From: an uncultured Clostridia bacterium
Lineage (GTDB): Bacteria > Bacillota > Clostridia > TANB77 > CAG-508
DNA length: 64,000 nucleotides
Direction of reading: 5' to 3'
Assembly: GCA_944387445.1 (NCBI GenBank)
Contig: CALXEX010000004.1
Coordinates: 689-64,688 of the forward strand
Shown here: one piece after another, positions 48,374 through 58,694 of the stretch
Position numbering within the stretch: the stretch's first letter is position 1
Layout: every line of letters starts with the position of its first letter
Program-made: the position numbers and the translations under genes
The notes under the pieces: model-generated
Told to the model about the DNA's origin: nothing
The model's input: only the letters and a program-made list of their open reading frames with translations
Database searches by the model: none

Positions 48374-51001
48374 ATGTCAGAAAATAAAGAAAAAGAATTT
48401 TCACCTATGATGCAGAGATATCTTGAAACCAAAGAACAATACAAAGATTGTATCCTATTTTATAGATTAGGTGACTTTTATGAAATGTTTTTTGATGATG
48501 CGATTACTGCAGCAAGGGAATTAGAAATTACACTAACAGGAAAGGATTGCGGACAAGAAGAAAGAGCGCCAATGGCAGGAGTACCACATCATGCAGCAGA
48601 AATGTATATTTCAAAATTAATTGCTAAAGGATACAAAGTCGCAATCTGTGAACAATTGGAAGACCCCAAAACAGCAAAAGGCATTGTAAAAAGAGGTGTT
48701 ATTAGAGTTGTTACACCAGGTACTATAGTAGAGAGCAATATGCTTGAAGAAAGAAAAAATAACTATATCATGTCCATTTTTAAATCTGGAATTTATTTTG
48801 GTATTAGTGTATGTGACATATCTACAGGAGAATGTTATTCAGCAGAAATTAAAGACAATAACAATTTTCCACAATTGTTAGATGAGATTGCAAGATATAC
48901 ACCATCAGAATTAGTGATTAATTCCAATTTAGCAGATTGTACAGAAGAAATGAGCAAAATTAGAGAACGTTTTAGTACATATATTACAAGATTTCAAGAT
49001 AAATTTTTTGATAATAAACCAGATATCATTAAATTACGATTTAATTTAGTGGATACGAACCAAAGACCGATTGAAAATATAGAAGAAAGAAGTTTTGCAG
49101 TTGCCAGTATTAATGCATTAATCGAATATATAGAGCAAACACAAATGACGAGTTTAGACCATATTAATAAAATTACGATTTATCAAATATCAAAATATAT
49201 GTCATTAGATATAAATGCAAGAAGAAATTTAGAAATTACAGAAAAGATGAGAGACAAATCTAAAAAAGGAACTTTATTATGGGTATTAGATAAAACCTCA
49301 ACTTCTATGGGAGGAAGACATTTAAGAAGATGGCTAAATGATCCATTAATTGATACTTTAGAAATAAATAGAAGACTAGAAGCTGTAAAAGAGTTAAAAG
49401 ATAATGTAATGCTTAGAGGAGATGTTATTGACAATTTAAAAAAGGTATATGATATTGAAAGATTAGCTGGAAAAATGGCATATGGAAATGCTAATGCAAG
49501 AGATATGATTACATTAAAAAATTCTCTAGCAAGATTACCAGAAGTCAGAAAAGTACTAGAAAATTGTGCATCTCCAATGTTAAAAGACATCTATGATAAC
49601 TTAGATGAATTACAAGATATTTATGAATTGATCGAAAAGTCCATTGTAGATGATCCACCAATGACTGTAAAAGATGGTGGAATCATTAAAATGGGATATA
49701 ATGAAGAAGTGGACAAACTTAAAACTGCAACAACAGAAGGAAAGAATTGGATTATTCAATTAGAAGCTGATGAAAAAGAAAAAACAGGAATTAAAAATTT
49801 AAAAGTAGGATTTAATAAAGTATTTGGGTATTTTATAGAAGTTACCAAATCAAACTTGGATCAAGTTCCTGAAAGATATATTAGAAAACAAACTTTAACC
49901 AATGCAGAAAGATATATTACAGAGGAGTTGAAAAATTTAGAAAATCAAATTTTAGGTGCAGAAGAAAAAGTGGTTAGCCTAGAATACGACCTATTTACAA
50001 AAATAAGAGAAGAAATAGCAAAAAATATTGTTAGATTACAAAAAACAGCAACAATGGTATCTACTTTAGATGTATTAGCATCATTTGCACAAGTTGCAGA
50101 AGATATGAATTATTGCATGCCACAAGTAGACAATTCAGGTATTATTGATATCAAGGGAGGAAGACATCCTGTTATCGAAAAAATGTTAGGTGCTGGAGAA
50201 TTTGTAGAAAATGATACCTATCTAGATAAAGATGAAAGCAGATTATCTATTATAACAGGACCTAATATGGCAGGTAAATCAACCTATATGAGACAAGTTG
50301 CCTTAATTACCTTAATGGCACAAGTGGGAAGTTTTGTACCAGCAGAAGAAGCTAAAATTGGTGTAGTTGATAAAATCTTTACAAGGGTTGGTGCATCTGA
50401 TGATTTAAGTATGGGACAAAGTACCTTTATGGTAGAAATGATGGAAGTAGCAACCATTTTGAAAGAAGCAACACCAAATAGTTTAGTGATTTTAGATGAA
50501 ATTGGAAGAGGAACTTCTACCTATGATGGATTATCTATTGCTTGGGCAGTCGCAGAATATATAGCAAATAAAGAAAAATGTGGAGCAAAAACCTTATTTG
50601 CAACACACTACCATGAATTAACAGAGCTAGAGGAGAAAATTGAAGGTGTTAAAAATTATTCTATTGCCGTTAAAGAAAAAGGAGAAGATATTATCTTTTT
50701 AAGAAAGATTGTGAGAGGCGGAACAGATGAAAGTTATGGTATTCATGTAGCAAGATTAGCAGGTGTTCCAAAACTAGTTACAGAAGAGGCAAACAAAATC
50801 TTAAAATCTTTGGAAAGAAAAAATATTTTAACCGGTAAAAAAGAAGAAAAGAAAGATAAAAAACAAGTAGAAGGACAATTTGATATGTACAATTTTAAGC
50901 TTGCAGAAATTGCCCATGAAATTGATAAGATTAATCTAAATGAGTTAACACCAATTGATGCCTTAAATACATTGGTAAAGATAAAGGAAAAGATGAAATA
51001 A
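48374..51001 (+). CDS. mutS: DNA mismatch repair protein MutS
   Basis: N-terminal mismatch-binding GDFYE(M)F motif, Walker A GPNMAGKST, DEIGRGTST. 875 aa. Confidence 0.96.
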   Translation: MSENKEKEFSPMMQRYLETKEQYKDCILFYRLGDFYEMFFDDAITAARELEITLTGKDCGQEERAPMAGVPHHAAEMYISKLIAKGYKVAICEQLEDPKTAKGIVKRGVIRVVTPGTIVESNMLEERKNNYIMSIFKSGIYFGISVCDISTGECYSAEIKDNNNFPQLLDEIARYTPSELVINSNLADCTEEMSKIRERFSTYITRFQDKFFDNKPDIIKLRFNLVDTNQRPIENIEERSFAVASINALIEYIEQTQMTSLDHINKITIYQISKYMSLDINARRNLEITEKMRDKSKKGTLLWVLDKTSTSMGGRHLRRWLNDPLIDTLEINRRLEAVKELKDNVMLRGDVIDNLKKVYDIERLAGKMAYGNANARDMITLKNSLARLPEVRKVLENCASPMLKDIYDNLDELQDIYELIEKSIVDDPPMTVKDGGIIKMGYNEEVDKLKTATTEGKNWIIQLEADEKEKTGIKNLKVGFNKVFGYFIEVTKSNLDQVPERYIRKQTLTNAERYITEELKNLENQILGAEEKVVSLEYDLFTKIREEIAKNIVRLQKTATMVSTLDVLASFAQVAEDMNYCMPQVDNSGIIDIKGGRHPVIEKMLGAGEFVENDTYLDKDESRLSIITGPNMAGKSTYMRQVALITLMAQVGSFVPAEEAKIGVVDKIFTRVGASDDLSMGQSTFMVEMMEVATILKEATPNSLVILDEIGRGTSTYDGLSIAWAVAEYIANKEKCGAKTLFATHYHELTELEEKIEGVKNYSIAVKEKGEDIIFLRKIVRGGTDESYGIHVARLAGVPKLVTEEANKILKSLERKNILTGKKEEKKDKKQVEGQFDMYNFKLAEIAHEIDKINLNELTPIDALNTLVKIKEKMK

Positions 51002-51020
51002 TAGTAAAAATACCCATAAA

Positions 51021-51062
51021 ACAGCTTAATCTTTACAATGAAAGGATTAAGCTGTCCTTTTT
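51021..51062 (+). terminator. mutS terminator
   Basis: acagcttaatc/gattaagctgt stem, then CCTTTTT. Confidence 0.65.
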
Positions 51063-51241
51063 ATTATATAGAAAAATTAACTTTTATCCTGACCATATAT
51101 AAGATTTTTCCGTATACAACAAGGTCAGGCCTCTTAAATTTAATAGAACCATATTGTTATAAAAGCATTTAATTGATATAATAACAATGAAAAAATAAGA
51201 AATTAATAGAGAAGATAGAAAGGAGAATAAAGAAGGTTTAT

Positions 51242-52111
51242 ATGGATAAAGAAATATTAAAAATAGAGGAATTTATAAAATCATATGTTTTAGAAAATGA
51301 AAGAGTACTTGTTTTGGTATCAGGAGGAATTGATTCAGATGTTGTTGCAAGATTATGTTATAGAGCATTAGGAAAAGATAGAATTAAATTATTATTTGTC
51401 AAAGAAACAGAGACAGAAGCAAAATTTGTAAAAAATGTTAAAAATTTGGCAGAAGATTTAGAGGTACCACTTACGATTCTTCCATTTGAAGGAAAAAGTA
51501 TGGAATTTATAAAAATTTTGGAACAAGCAGAAAATGAACCCATCTTTAATTCTAAATTGATATTAGATCCAGCAAAAGCTAAATGTTCTATGAGATCAGC
51601 AATTATATCCTCTTATCAAGATAAAGGTTTTATCATTGCAGGTTGTACCAATCTTACGGAATACGAATTAGGATTTTTTATGACATTTGGAGACAATTTA
51701 GCACACTTTAAGCCAATAGAACATTTATATAAAACTGAAGTGATACAATTAGCAAAAGAAATTGGAACAAGAAAAGAAGTAATCGAGCAACCAGCTACAT
51801 CAGGATTTTGGAGAAAACAAGAAGATTTGGAAGATATTGCTTTTTGGATATTTAACCAAGGACCAATTATGAAGGCGAGAAAATTTAGTAAAGAAGAAAA
51901 AGAGAAAATTTTTAAAATAAAAGAAGAATTAAGTTGGGAGAAAATTGATAATTGTTTAAAAAATTTAAAAAAGAAAAAGACGATAGATGAAATAGTACAG
52001 GAAACAGATTTGTCTGCAAAAATAATTGAAGGGATTATCCAAATCACGAAAAAAGCAAAACAATATAGGAATCGAGACATTATGGTCTCAATGAGAGAAG
52101 ATAAAAAATAA
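51242..52111 (+). CDS. PP-loop ATP pyrophosphatase, NAD+ synthetase-like
   Basis: VLVSGGIDSDV PP-loop. The central region resembles NadE (GCTNLTEYELGFFMTFGD...KPIEHLYKTEV). Confidence 0.6.
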   Translation: MDKEILKIEEFIKSYVLENERVLVLVSGGIDSDVVARLCYRALGKDRIKLLFVKETETEAKFVKNVKNLAEDLEVPLTILPFEGKSMEFIKILEQAENEPIFNSKLILDPAKAKCSMRSAIISSYQDKGFIIAGCTNLTEYELGFFMTFGDNLAHFKPIEHLYKTEVIQLAKEIGTRKEVIEQPATSGFWRKQEDLEDIAFWIFNQGPIMKARKFSKEEKEKIFKIKEELSWEKIDNCLKNLKKKKTIDEIVQETDLSAKIIEGIIQITKKAKQYRNRDIMVSMREDKK

Positions 52112-52300
52112 TAATATAGTTAATTTACATCTAGAAAATAGGTTGATGTGTCATATCTATTTGAAAAATGCTTAAATATATGTTAAAATTGAAAATGTAA
52201 CAAGTAAATACAGACAAGTAGTAAACATGAAAGAAAGGAGAGATAACAAAATTAAAAAATAGGTATAATCTAAAGTATAGTGTAGAAAAGGAGAGTAAAA

Positions 52301-52579
52301 ATGTTTGGAAAAAGAAAAAACGAAGAACAGAAAAAGCGGAAAATCAATTGTAGAAATGAAACCAGAATCATAACTGCTATGAGAATCAAAAAAGAAAGAA
52401 AAGAATTCATAACGGTTGAATTTCTTTTGAGAAGCAAAGAGGCTCCAAAAGACGAAAGAGTGTTTACCAAAACATTCGATAAGTGGTCTACAATATACAA
52501 TAAGTGGTCACACAAAAAAATAGGAGATGAAGTGACCGTACTTATTGACCAAGACGAAATTATGAGGGATATATCCTAA
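52301..52579 (+). CDS. small basic hypothetical protein
   Basis: 92-aa ORF with AAAGGAGAG RBS and its own terminator. Confidence 0.4.
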   Translation: MFGKRKNEEQKKRKINCRNETRIITAMRIKKERKEFITVEFLLRSKEAPKDERVFTKTFDKWSTIYNKWSHKKIGDEVTVLIDQDEIMRDIS

Positions 52580-52600
52580 ATATATTTAAATAGTTATCTC

Positions 52601-52647
52601 AAACAGTAGCTTACCCTAATCAATAAAATGGGTAAGCTACTGTTTTT
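52601..52647 (+). terminator. intrinsic terminator
   Basis: 16-bp stem aaacagtagcttaccc/gggtaagctactgttt plus a T-run. Confidence 0.8.
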
Positions 52648-52779
52648 AATATGAATGTACGAAAGGTAAAATAAACATTAAGAGAAAAGAGTTCTACAAT
52701 AGGGGAAATGTTTGCTAAAAATTCCCATAGGAAAAAGTAAAAAGACATGCTAAGATAGTATTAGAGGTGAAAAATATAT

Positions 52780-54033
52780 ATGAGATTACGAAAGAAATAT
52801 GGAAATACATTATTATTAAAAGAGTTAAAAGCGAGTTACCAATTTTTTATGAAAGAAGTAAACTTAGATTTCAAAAGTGATGGATATGGATTAATAAGAG
52901 ATAAAGATATGTATGCAGATGAAATTGCAAGTATTGCATCTGTTGGATATGGATTAGCAGGTTTAGTAATTGGCACTAATAGAAATTGGATTTCTTATCC
53001 AGAAGCCTATAGAAGAGCGAGCAAAACATTAGATACGTTTTTAAATTATGTAGAAGGAAAGAATGGATTTTACTATCATTTTGTAAATATCCATACAGGA
53101 AAAAGAGAATGCAATTGTGAAATATCCATTATTGACACAGCCATTTTTATATGTGGAGCAATATTAGTAGGAGAATATTTCCAAGGAAAAATAAAACAAA
53201 AAGCAAAAGAGCTGTATAAAAGAATTAATTGGGAATGGTATCGAAATAAAGAAACTAATTATTTTTATATGGGATATAAACCAGAAACAGGATTTTGGGG
53301 ACATTGGGATATGTATGCAGAGCAATTAATGTTATATGTCTTAGGTGTGGCTTCTCCAACACATCCTGTTTCAAAAACAATGTATGATGATATGAAAAAA
53401 GAAACATGTACATATGAAGGAATAAAAGATATTATTTATACATATTGTGGAACATTATTTACATATCAATTTTCCCATGCATGGATTGATTTTAGAGACA
53501 GAAAAGATGAAAATGGTATTGATTGGTTTGAAAATTCCAAAAAAGCAACAATAGCAAATAGAATATATTGTATCAAAAATAAAGATAGATTTAAAACATT
53601 TGGTGAAAATTCATGGGGATTAACAGCATGTTTAGGACCTAATGGATATTCTGGAGGATATGGAGCAATGCCAGCATTAGCAGATGTCGATAAACTAAAT
53701 GATGGAACAGTTAGTCCATGTGGTGCAGTGGGTTCGATTGTGTTTACACCAGAATTAAGCCTAAAGGCATTAGAGAATTATTATAACCATTATCCAAAAT
53801 TATGGGGAAAATATGGTTTTATTGATGGATATAATTTAGAAAATGGTGAGTGGTATTCAAAAGAAGTCATTGGAATTGATAAAGGGATATCTATGATGAT
53901 GATAGAAAATTATTTATCACAATTATTATGGAAACAGTTCATGAAAAATGAATATGTACAAAAAGGATTAGAGATGTTAAATATTTGCAAGGGAAATATA
54001 CATACAAAAGAAAAAGAGAGTCAATTTATTTAA
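52780..54033 (+). CDS. glucoamylase-like (alpha/alpha)6 protein, candidate GH144-type beta-1,2-glucanase family
   Basis: SIASVGYGLAGLVIG, NGFYYHFVNIHTGKR and EISIIDTAIFICGAIL resemble the 'putative glucoamylase' family. No signal peptide. Confidence 0.55.
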   Translation: MRLRKKYGNTLLLKELKASYQFFMKEVNLDFKSDGYGLIRDKDMYADEIASIASVGYGLAGLVIGTNRNWISYPEAYRRASKTLDTFLNYVEGKNGFYYHFVNIHTGKRECNCEISIIDTAIFICGAILVGEYFQGKIKQKAKELYKRINWEWYRNKETNYFYMGYKPETGFWGHWDMYAEQLMLYVLGVASPTHPVSKTMYDDMKKETCTYEGIKDIIYTYCGTLFTYQFSHAWIDFRDRKDENGIDWFENSKKATIANRIYCIKNKDRFKTFGENSWGLTACLGPNGYSGGYGAMPALADVDKLNDGTVSPCGAVGSIVFTPELSLKALENYYNHYPKLWGKYGFIDGYNLENGEWYSKEVIGIDKGISMMMIENYLSQLLWKQFMKNEYVQKGLEMLNICKGNIHTKEKESQFI

Positions 54034-54045
54034 GTGGAGGTCTTG

Positions 54046-56271
54046 ATGAAACATAAGGAAATACTAGAATTATTAAATGAAATGACAATAGAAGAAAAAA
54101 TAGGGCAAATGGTACAAATTACAGGAGATGTATTCTTATCAGAGGATACAAATAGCATATTAACAGGACCATTAAAAGATTTACATCTTTCTAAAGAAAA
54201 AGTATATCATGTAGGTTCTGTTTTAAATATTGTCGGAGCAGAAAAGGTTAAAAAGGTACAAGATGAATATTTATCAAAGAGTAGATTAAAAATACCTCTT
54301 CTATTTATGGATGATATTATTAATGGATATAAAATTGCATTTCCTATTCCAATTGCACAAGGGTGTTCATGGAATCCAAAAGCGATAGAAGAGATGACAG
54401 AAATATCTAGCATGGAATCTAGTATAGCAGGTGCTAATGTCAATTTTTCACCAATGGTAGATTTATCAAGAGATGCAAGATGGGGAAGAGTAATGGAATC
54501 TATTGGAGGAGAAGATCCTCTTTTGGGAGAAATCTATGCTAGAACAATGGTGAAGGCATATCAAGGGAATAGGCTTTCAAAAATAGGGAAAATGGTATCT
54601 TGTGTAAAACATATAGCAGGTTATGGAGCAGTAGAAGCCGGAAGAGATTATAACACAGTAGATATGTCAGAAAGAGAATTTAGACAGTATTATCTACCAG
54701 CATATAAGTCAGCAATAGAAGCAGGTGCAGAAATGATTATGACATCATTTAATATATTAAATGGCATTCCATCTACAGTAAACAAATGGCTAATTCAAGA
54801 GATAATTAGAAAAGAATTAGGATTTGAAGGTATTATTATTTCAGACTATGGTGCGATTGAAGAAACTATAACACATGGATATTCTGCAAATGAAAAAGAA
54901 GCAACAAGAAATGCTATTAATGCAGGTGTTGATATTGATATGATGTCTGGCATATATGCAAATCATTTAAAAGACTTGTGTTTAGAAAATCAAGAAATAG
55001 AAAACAAAGTAAATGAAAGTGTTTTAAGAATATTGACATTAAAAAATAAACTAGGATTATTTGAAAATCCATATGGAAACTCAAATGTGGTACAAGAAAA
55101 GACATATTTAATGAATCCAACTAATTTAGAAAAAGCAAAAAAATTAACACAAGAAACATTTGTCTTATTAAAAAATAAGAATCATGTATTGCCATTACAA
55201 AAAAATAAAAAGATTGCTTTAATTGGACCATATATCGATAATATTGGAATTACTGGGTCATGGTCTATGTTTTCTGATAGAACGAAAAATGGTACCATTT
55301 TAGATATATTCAAAGAGAAAATAGGAAAGGATGTATTATATGCAAAAGGGTGTGAAATATTAAGACAAGAGGAAATTAATAAAATATTATCAGCAGATGG
55401 ATTACCTACTGTACACGTAGAAAATGAAAGTCAAAAAGAGCAAGAGATGATTACTTCAGCGTTACAAATTGCAAAAAAGGCAGATGTTATTCTTTTAGCA
55501 TTAGGAGAACATTACAAACAAAGTGGGGAAGCTTGTTCACGTTCGAATATTGCTTTACCAGAAAATCAAATACAATTAATCAATGAATTATATACATTGT
55601 CAAAGCCAATGGTATTAATTCTATTTAATGGAAGACCGATTGAGTTAAATACGGTAGAAGAAAAAGTAAATGCAATTCTAGAAGTATGGTTTCCAGGAAC
55701 AACGGGAGCAAAAGCAATCGTAGAAATACTATTCGGAGAAGAAAATCCATCAGGCAAATTAACCATGAGTTTTCCTCAAAATGTGGGACAATGTCCAGTA
55801 TATTATAACCATTACAATACTGGTAGACCACACCATAGCAATCTTCGTTATGTATCCAGATACCAAGATATTCCAACAGAAAGTTTTTATCCATTCGGAT
55901 ATGGTTTGTCATATTGTAATTTTAAATATACAGATATGCATCTTAATAAACACAAAATGAAGAAAAATGAGACTATTACAGTAACGGTAAAAATAGAAAA
56001 TCAAAGTAATTATGCAGGTTATGAAGTGATACAGTTATATATACAAGATTTATATGGAAGTGTGGTTAGACCAGTAAAAGAATTAAAGGCATTTAAAAAA
56101 GCATATTTTCAGTCTCATGAAATTAAGTATGTGAATTTCGAAATAGACATAGATATGTTGAAATTTTGGAATGATAAATTAGAATATGTAGCGGAATCAG
56201 GAGAGTTTAAAGTTTTTGTAGGAGGAGACTCTGTAAATGTTTTAGAGGAGAAATTTGAATTACTTAAATAG
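54046..56271 (+). CDS. GH3 beta-glucosidase (BglX-like)
   Basis: IGQMVQ, KHIAGYG and GIIISDYGA (nucleophile Asp context), plus a C-terminal fibronectin-like domain. ATG after GTGGAGG. No signal peptide. Confidence 0.85.
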   Translation: MKHKEILELLNEMTIEEKIGQMVQITGDVFLSEDTNSILTGPLKDLHLSKEKVYHVGSVLNIVGAEKVKKVQDEYLSKSRLKIPLLFMDDIINGYKIAFPIPIAQGCSWNPKAIEEMTEISSMESSIAGANVNFSPMVDLSRDARWGRVMESIGGEDPLLGEIYARTMVKAYQGNRLSKIGKMVSCVKHIAGYGAVEAGRDYNTVDMSEREFRQYYLPAYKSAIEAGAEMIMTSFNILNGIPSTVNKWLIQEIIRKELGFEGIIISDYGAIEETITHGYSANEKEATRNAINAGVDIDMMSGIYANHLKDLCLENQEIENKVNESVLRILTLKNKLGLFENPYGNSNVVQEKTYLMNPTNLEKAKKLTQETFVLLKNKNHVLPLQKNKKIALIGPYIDNIGITGSWSMFSDRTKNGTILDIFKEKIGKDVLYAKGCEILRQEEINKILSADGLPTVHVENESQKEQEMITSALQIAKKADVILLALGEHYKQSGEACSRSNIALPENQIQLINELYTLSKPMVLILFNGRPIELNTVEEKVNAILEVWFPGTTGAKAIVEILFGEENPSGKLTMSFPQNVGQCPVYYNHYNTGRPHHSNLRYVSRYQDIPTESFYPFGYGLSYCNFKYTDMHLNKHKMKKNETITVTVKIENQSNYAGYEVIQLYIQDLYGSVVRPVKELKAFKKAYFQSHEIKYVNFEIDIDMLKFWNDKLEYVAESGEFKVFVGGDSVNVLEEKFELLK

Positions 56272-56392
56272 CAAGAGACAAAAACAAATGGAAAATATTT
56301 TAAGCATAAAGTAAAAATGTTTTATAAATAGAAATCAAATTATATATTGATAAAAACCTGTGAAAATAGCAATTTTTTACAGGTTTCAAATG

Positions 56393-56421
56393 TTGACATA
56401 AAATAAGAAATGTGATAAAAT
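56393..56421 (+). promoter_or_regulatory. sigma-A-type promoter of the six-gene operon
   Basis: TTGACA, 17 nt, then TAAAAT. A 7-bp inverted repeat GTTGCAA/TTGCAAC lies in the leader (56443-56470). Confidence 0.6.
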
Positions 56422-56507
56422 TTACACGAATTTTTGCATAAAGTTGCAAAGAGTGTATCTTAATTGCAACAAAAAAATCTAATAATAATTTTGAAAGGAG
56501 AAAACAG

Positions 56508-58133
56508 ATGAACACACAAAGTATAGTAAGGTTAGGAGACTATATTCGGGCAGGATATCCGGCTATTGTTTTAAACACTCCTGAAGAAGAACGGGCTCTG
56601 GAAGAATGTTATAAAATAGCAGAAGGATTAGAACTGCAGTTTTATGCATGGTCTGAAACCAAGGGGGTTTTCAAATGTGAAAGAGATAAATGCGATGGAA
56701 ACCTTAAATATGAAACTGTAAAAGAGAGTGTAGCACCTGATGAAGAAGCTTTGAATGAGGGCTTAACGTATGGTAAAAACACCATATATTGTATGTTGGA
56801 TTTCCATCCATATATTAAAGCTCCAAATGTATGGAGAACAGCCAAAGATGTTTTTGCAAAAGCAAAAGGAAAAGGGACGAGTTACATTTTTATAAGTTGT
56901 AAATTTGATGTCCCGGCAGAACTGGAACATGAAGTAATCATAACGAGTTTAGACTTACCTCAAAAAAAAGAGTTACAAGAAATTGTAAATCAATTTTGTA
57001 AAATGTACGGAATTAGAGTTCCAGAAAATTTGGATGAAGTCTTAGATGCGGCCTTAGGTCTCACAATAGCAGAAGCTACGAATGCATATGCAACTTCACT
57101 GTCAAATACGGAAGGATTTGATGTAGACATTATAAACAATGTCAAAAGACAAATCATTTGTAAAGATGGCTTGTTGGAGTATATGCAGCCCAAAGAAACA
57201 ATGGAAACCGTGGGCGGAATGAAAAATTTTACAAGTTATGCGGAAAATCGGCTTTCTGCATATTCTGAAGAAGCAAGAGCTTATGGTTTACCTTATCCGA
57301 AGGGCGTACTACTTGTAGGAATTCCCGGATGTGGAAAAAGTTTGGCAGCTAAGGCACTTTCAAATATGTGGAAAAAACCTTTGCTGAAGCTGGATTTAGG
57401 AAAATTGTTTGGTTCTTTAGTAGGTGATACAGAAGCCAACACAAGAAAAGCCTTAGAAATAGCAGAAGCAATGGCACCGGCCATTTTATGGATAGATGAA
57501 ATCGAGAAAGGCCTCTCCGGAGTTGGAAGTAGCGGAAAGACAGATTCTGGTGTTACTTCTAGAATGTTTGGAACCATTCTTACATGGCTCCAGGAGAAAG
57601 AAACACCGGTCTATGTAATTGCCACTGCTAACAATATTTCTTCATTACCACCGGAGTTTTTGCGCAAAGGTAGGTTTGATGAAATCTTTTTTGTGGACTT
57701 ACCAAGTGGTGAAGAAAGAGAAGAAATCTTTGAAATTCAGTTGAAAAAGTATGGCAGAAAAAGTGAAGATTTTGATATTGCGGAATTAGCGAAGTTGTCT
57801 GAAGGATATACCGGAGCAGAAATTGAAGAAGCTATTGTTTCTGCAATGTTTAATGCATGGAATGATGGAAAAAGACCATTAACAACAGATGACATTAAAA
57901 CGGTGATGTCTGAAGAAATTAAGCCGATGTCTACAGGTATTATGAGTGGTACTGTTCAAGCATTAAGAGAATGGAGTTCCACTCATGGAATTAGAAGTGC
58001 TTCTTCTATTCCGAAAGTAAAGAAAGCGGCAACTTCAACAGGAAATATAAAAAGTACGAGACAAATAAGATTTAAAAAGCAGACTAATGGAAAAGCAGGC
58101 GGTACAGAGCAAACAAATAAGGAGGAATCATAA
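56508..58133 (+). CDS. AAA+ ATPase, classic clade, Ycf46-like architecture (unassigned N-domain of roughly 250 aa plus one AAA module and a basic tail)
   Basis: Walker A GIPGCGKS, Walker B ILWIDEIEK, sensor-1 ATANN, Arg-finger region RKGRFDE. Confidence 0.85.
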   Translation: MNTQSIVRLGDYIRAGYPAIVLNTPEEERALEECYKIAEGLELQFYAWSETKGVFKCERDKCDGNLKYETVKESVAPDEEALNEGLTYGKNTIYCMLDFHPYIKAPNVWRTAKDVFAKAKGKGTSYIFISCKFDVPAELEHEVIITSLDLPQKKELQEIVNQFCKMYGIRVPENLDEVLDAALGLTIAEATNAYATSLSNTEGFDVDIINNVKRQIICKDGLLEYMQPKETMETVGGMKNFTSYAENRLSAYSEEARAYGLPYPKGVLLVGIPGCGKSLAAKALSNMWKKPLLKLDLGKLFGSLVGDTEANTRKALEIAEAMAPAILWIDEIEKGLSGVGSSGKTDSGVTSRMFGTILTWLQEKETPVYVIATANNISSLPPEFLRKGRFDEIFFVDLPSGEEREEIFEIQLKKYGRKSEDFDIAELAKLSEGYTGAEIEEAIVSAMFNAWNDGKRPLTTDDIKTVMSEEIKPMSTGIMSGTVQALREWSSTHGIRSASSIPKVKKAATSTGNIKSTRQIRFKKQTNGKAGGTEQTNKEES

Positions 58134-58690
58134 TGAGTCACTTTTCAACAGTAAAAACGGAAATAACAGATTTGGAAGCTTTGGAGAAAGCAGTTTCTAG
58201 CATGGGGTTGAGATTGGAATCCAATACAACGTGCCGGTATTATTACGGAGCCGAATTCAAGGAACATGTTATAAAACTTCCTGGACGGTATGATGTTGCC
58301 GTGGAATCTAAAGGCAATGGTACCTATGATTTAAATGCCGATTTTTATGGAGGACATGTTGAAAAAGTCATTGGACCTAAAGGCGATGTACTTCTGAAAC
58401 AATATGCCATTGAAAAGTTGAAAATCGAAGCAAAAAAACATGGGTATAAGGTCTATGATAAAGGAAACGGAAGTTTAAAAATCATGGATCCGAAAACGAC
58501 CGGGAAGGCTGAAGTGACATGTTTACCTGATGGAAAGTTCGAAATAAAAACTTCAGGTTTCAAAGGCAAGTCTTGCATGAAGTTTGAAGCAATCGAAAAA
58601 GCCTTAGGATGTATTGACAGCACAAAGAAAACTGCTGAATACTATGCTGGTGATAATACGGCCAAAGCGCGTCTTACAGAATGGAGTTAA
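58133..58690 (+). CDS. DUF1257 (Ycf35-like) plus DUF2997-like fusion protein
   Basis: The N-terminus MSHFSTVKTEITDLEALEKA matches my memory of the DUF1257 start. The C-terminus GFKGKSCMKFEAIEKALG matches the DUF2997 core. The ATG overlaps the AAA+ stop (TAATG). Confidence 0.65.
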   Translation: MSHFSTVKTEITDLEALEKAVSSMGLRLESNTTCRYYYGAEFKEHVIKLPGRYDVAVESKGNGTYDLNADFYGGHVEKVIGPKGDVLLKQYAIEKLKIEAKKHGYKVYDKGNGSLKIMDPKTTGKAEVTCLPDGKFEIKTSGFKGKSCMKFEAIEKALGCIDSTKKTAEYYAGDNTAKARLTEWS

Positions 58691-58694
58691 TAGC

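Noticed and set aside
58614-58694. Upstream ATG (track start) for the MTTase-like radical SAM gene. The long track starts at 3370 (fabD), 4360 (fabG), 24579 (C26 hydrolase), 27880 (YgjV-like) and 54034 (GH3) are the same kind of case.
   Set aside because: Each extension overlaps the preceding gene or lacks an RBS. An internal ATG preceded by a GGAG-type RBS gives a protein that starts where the family normally starts.
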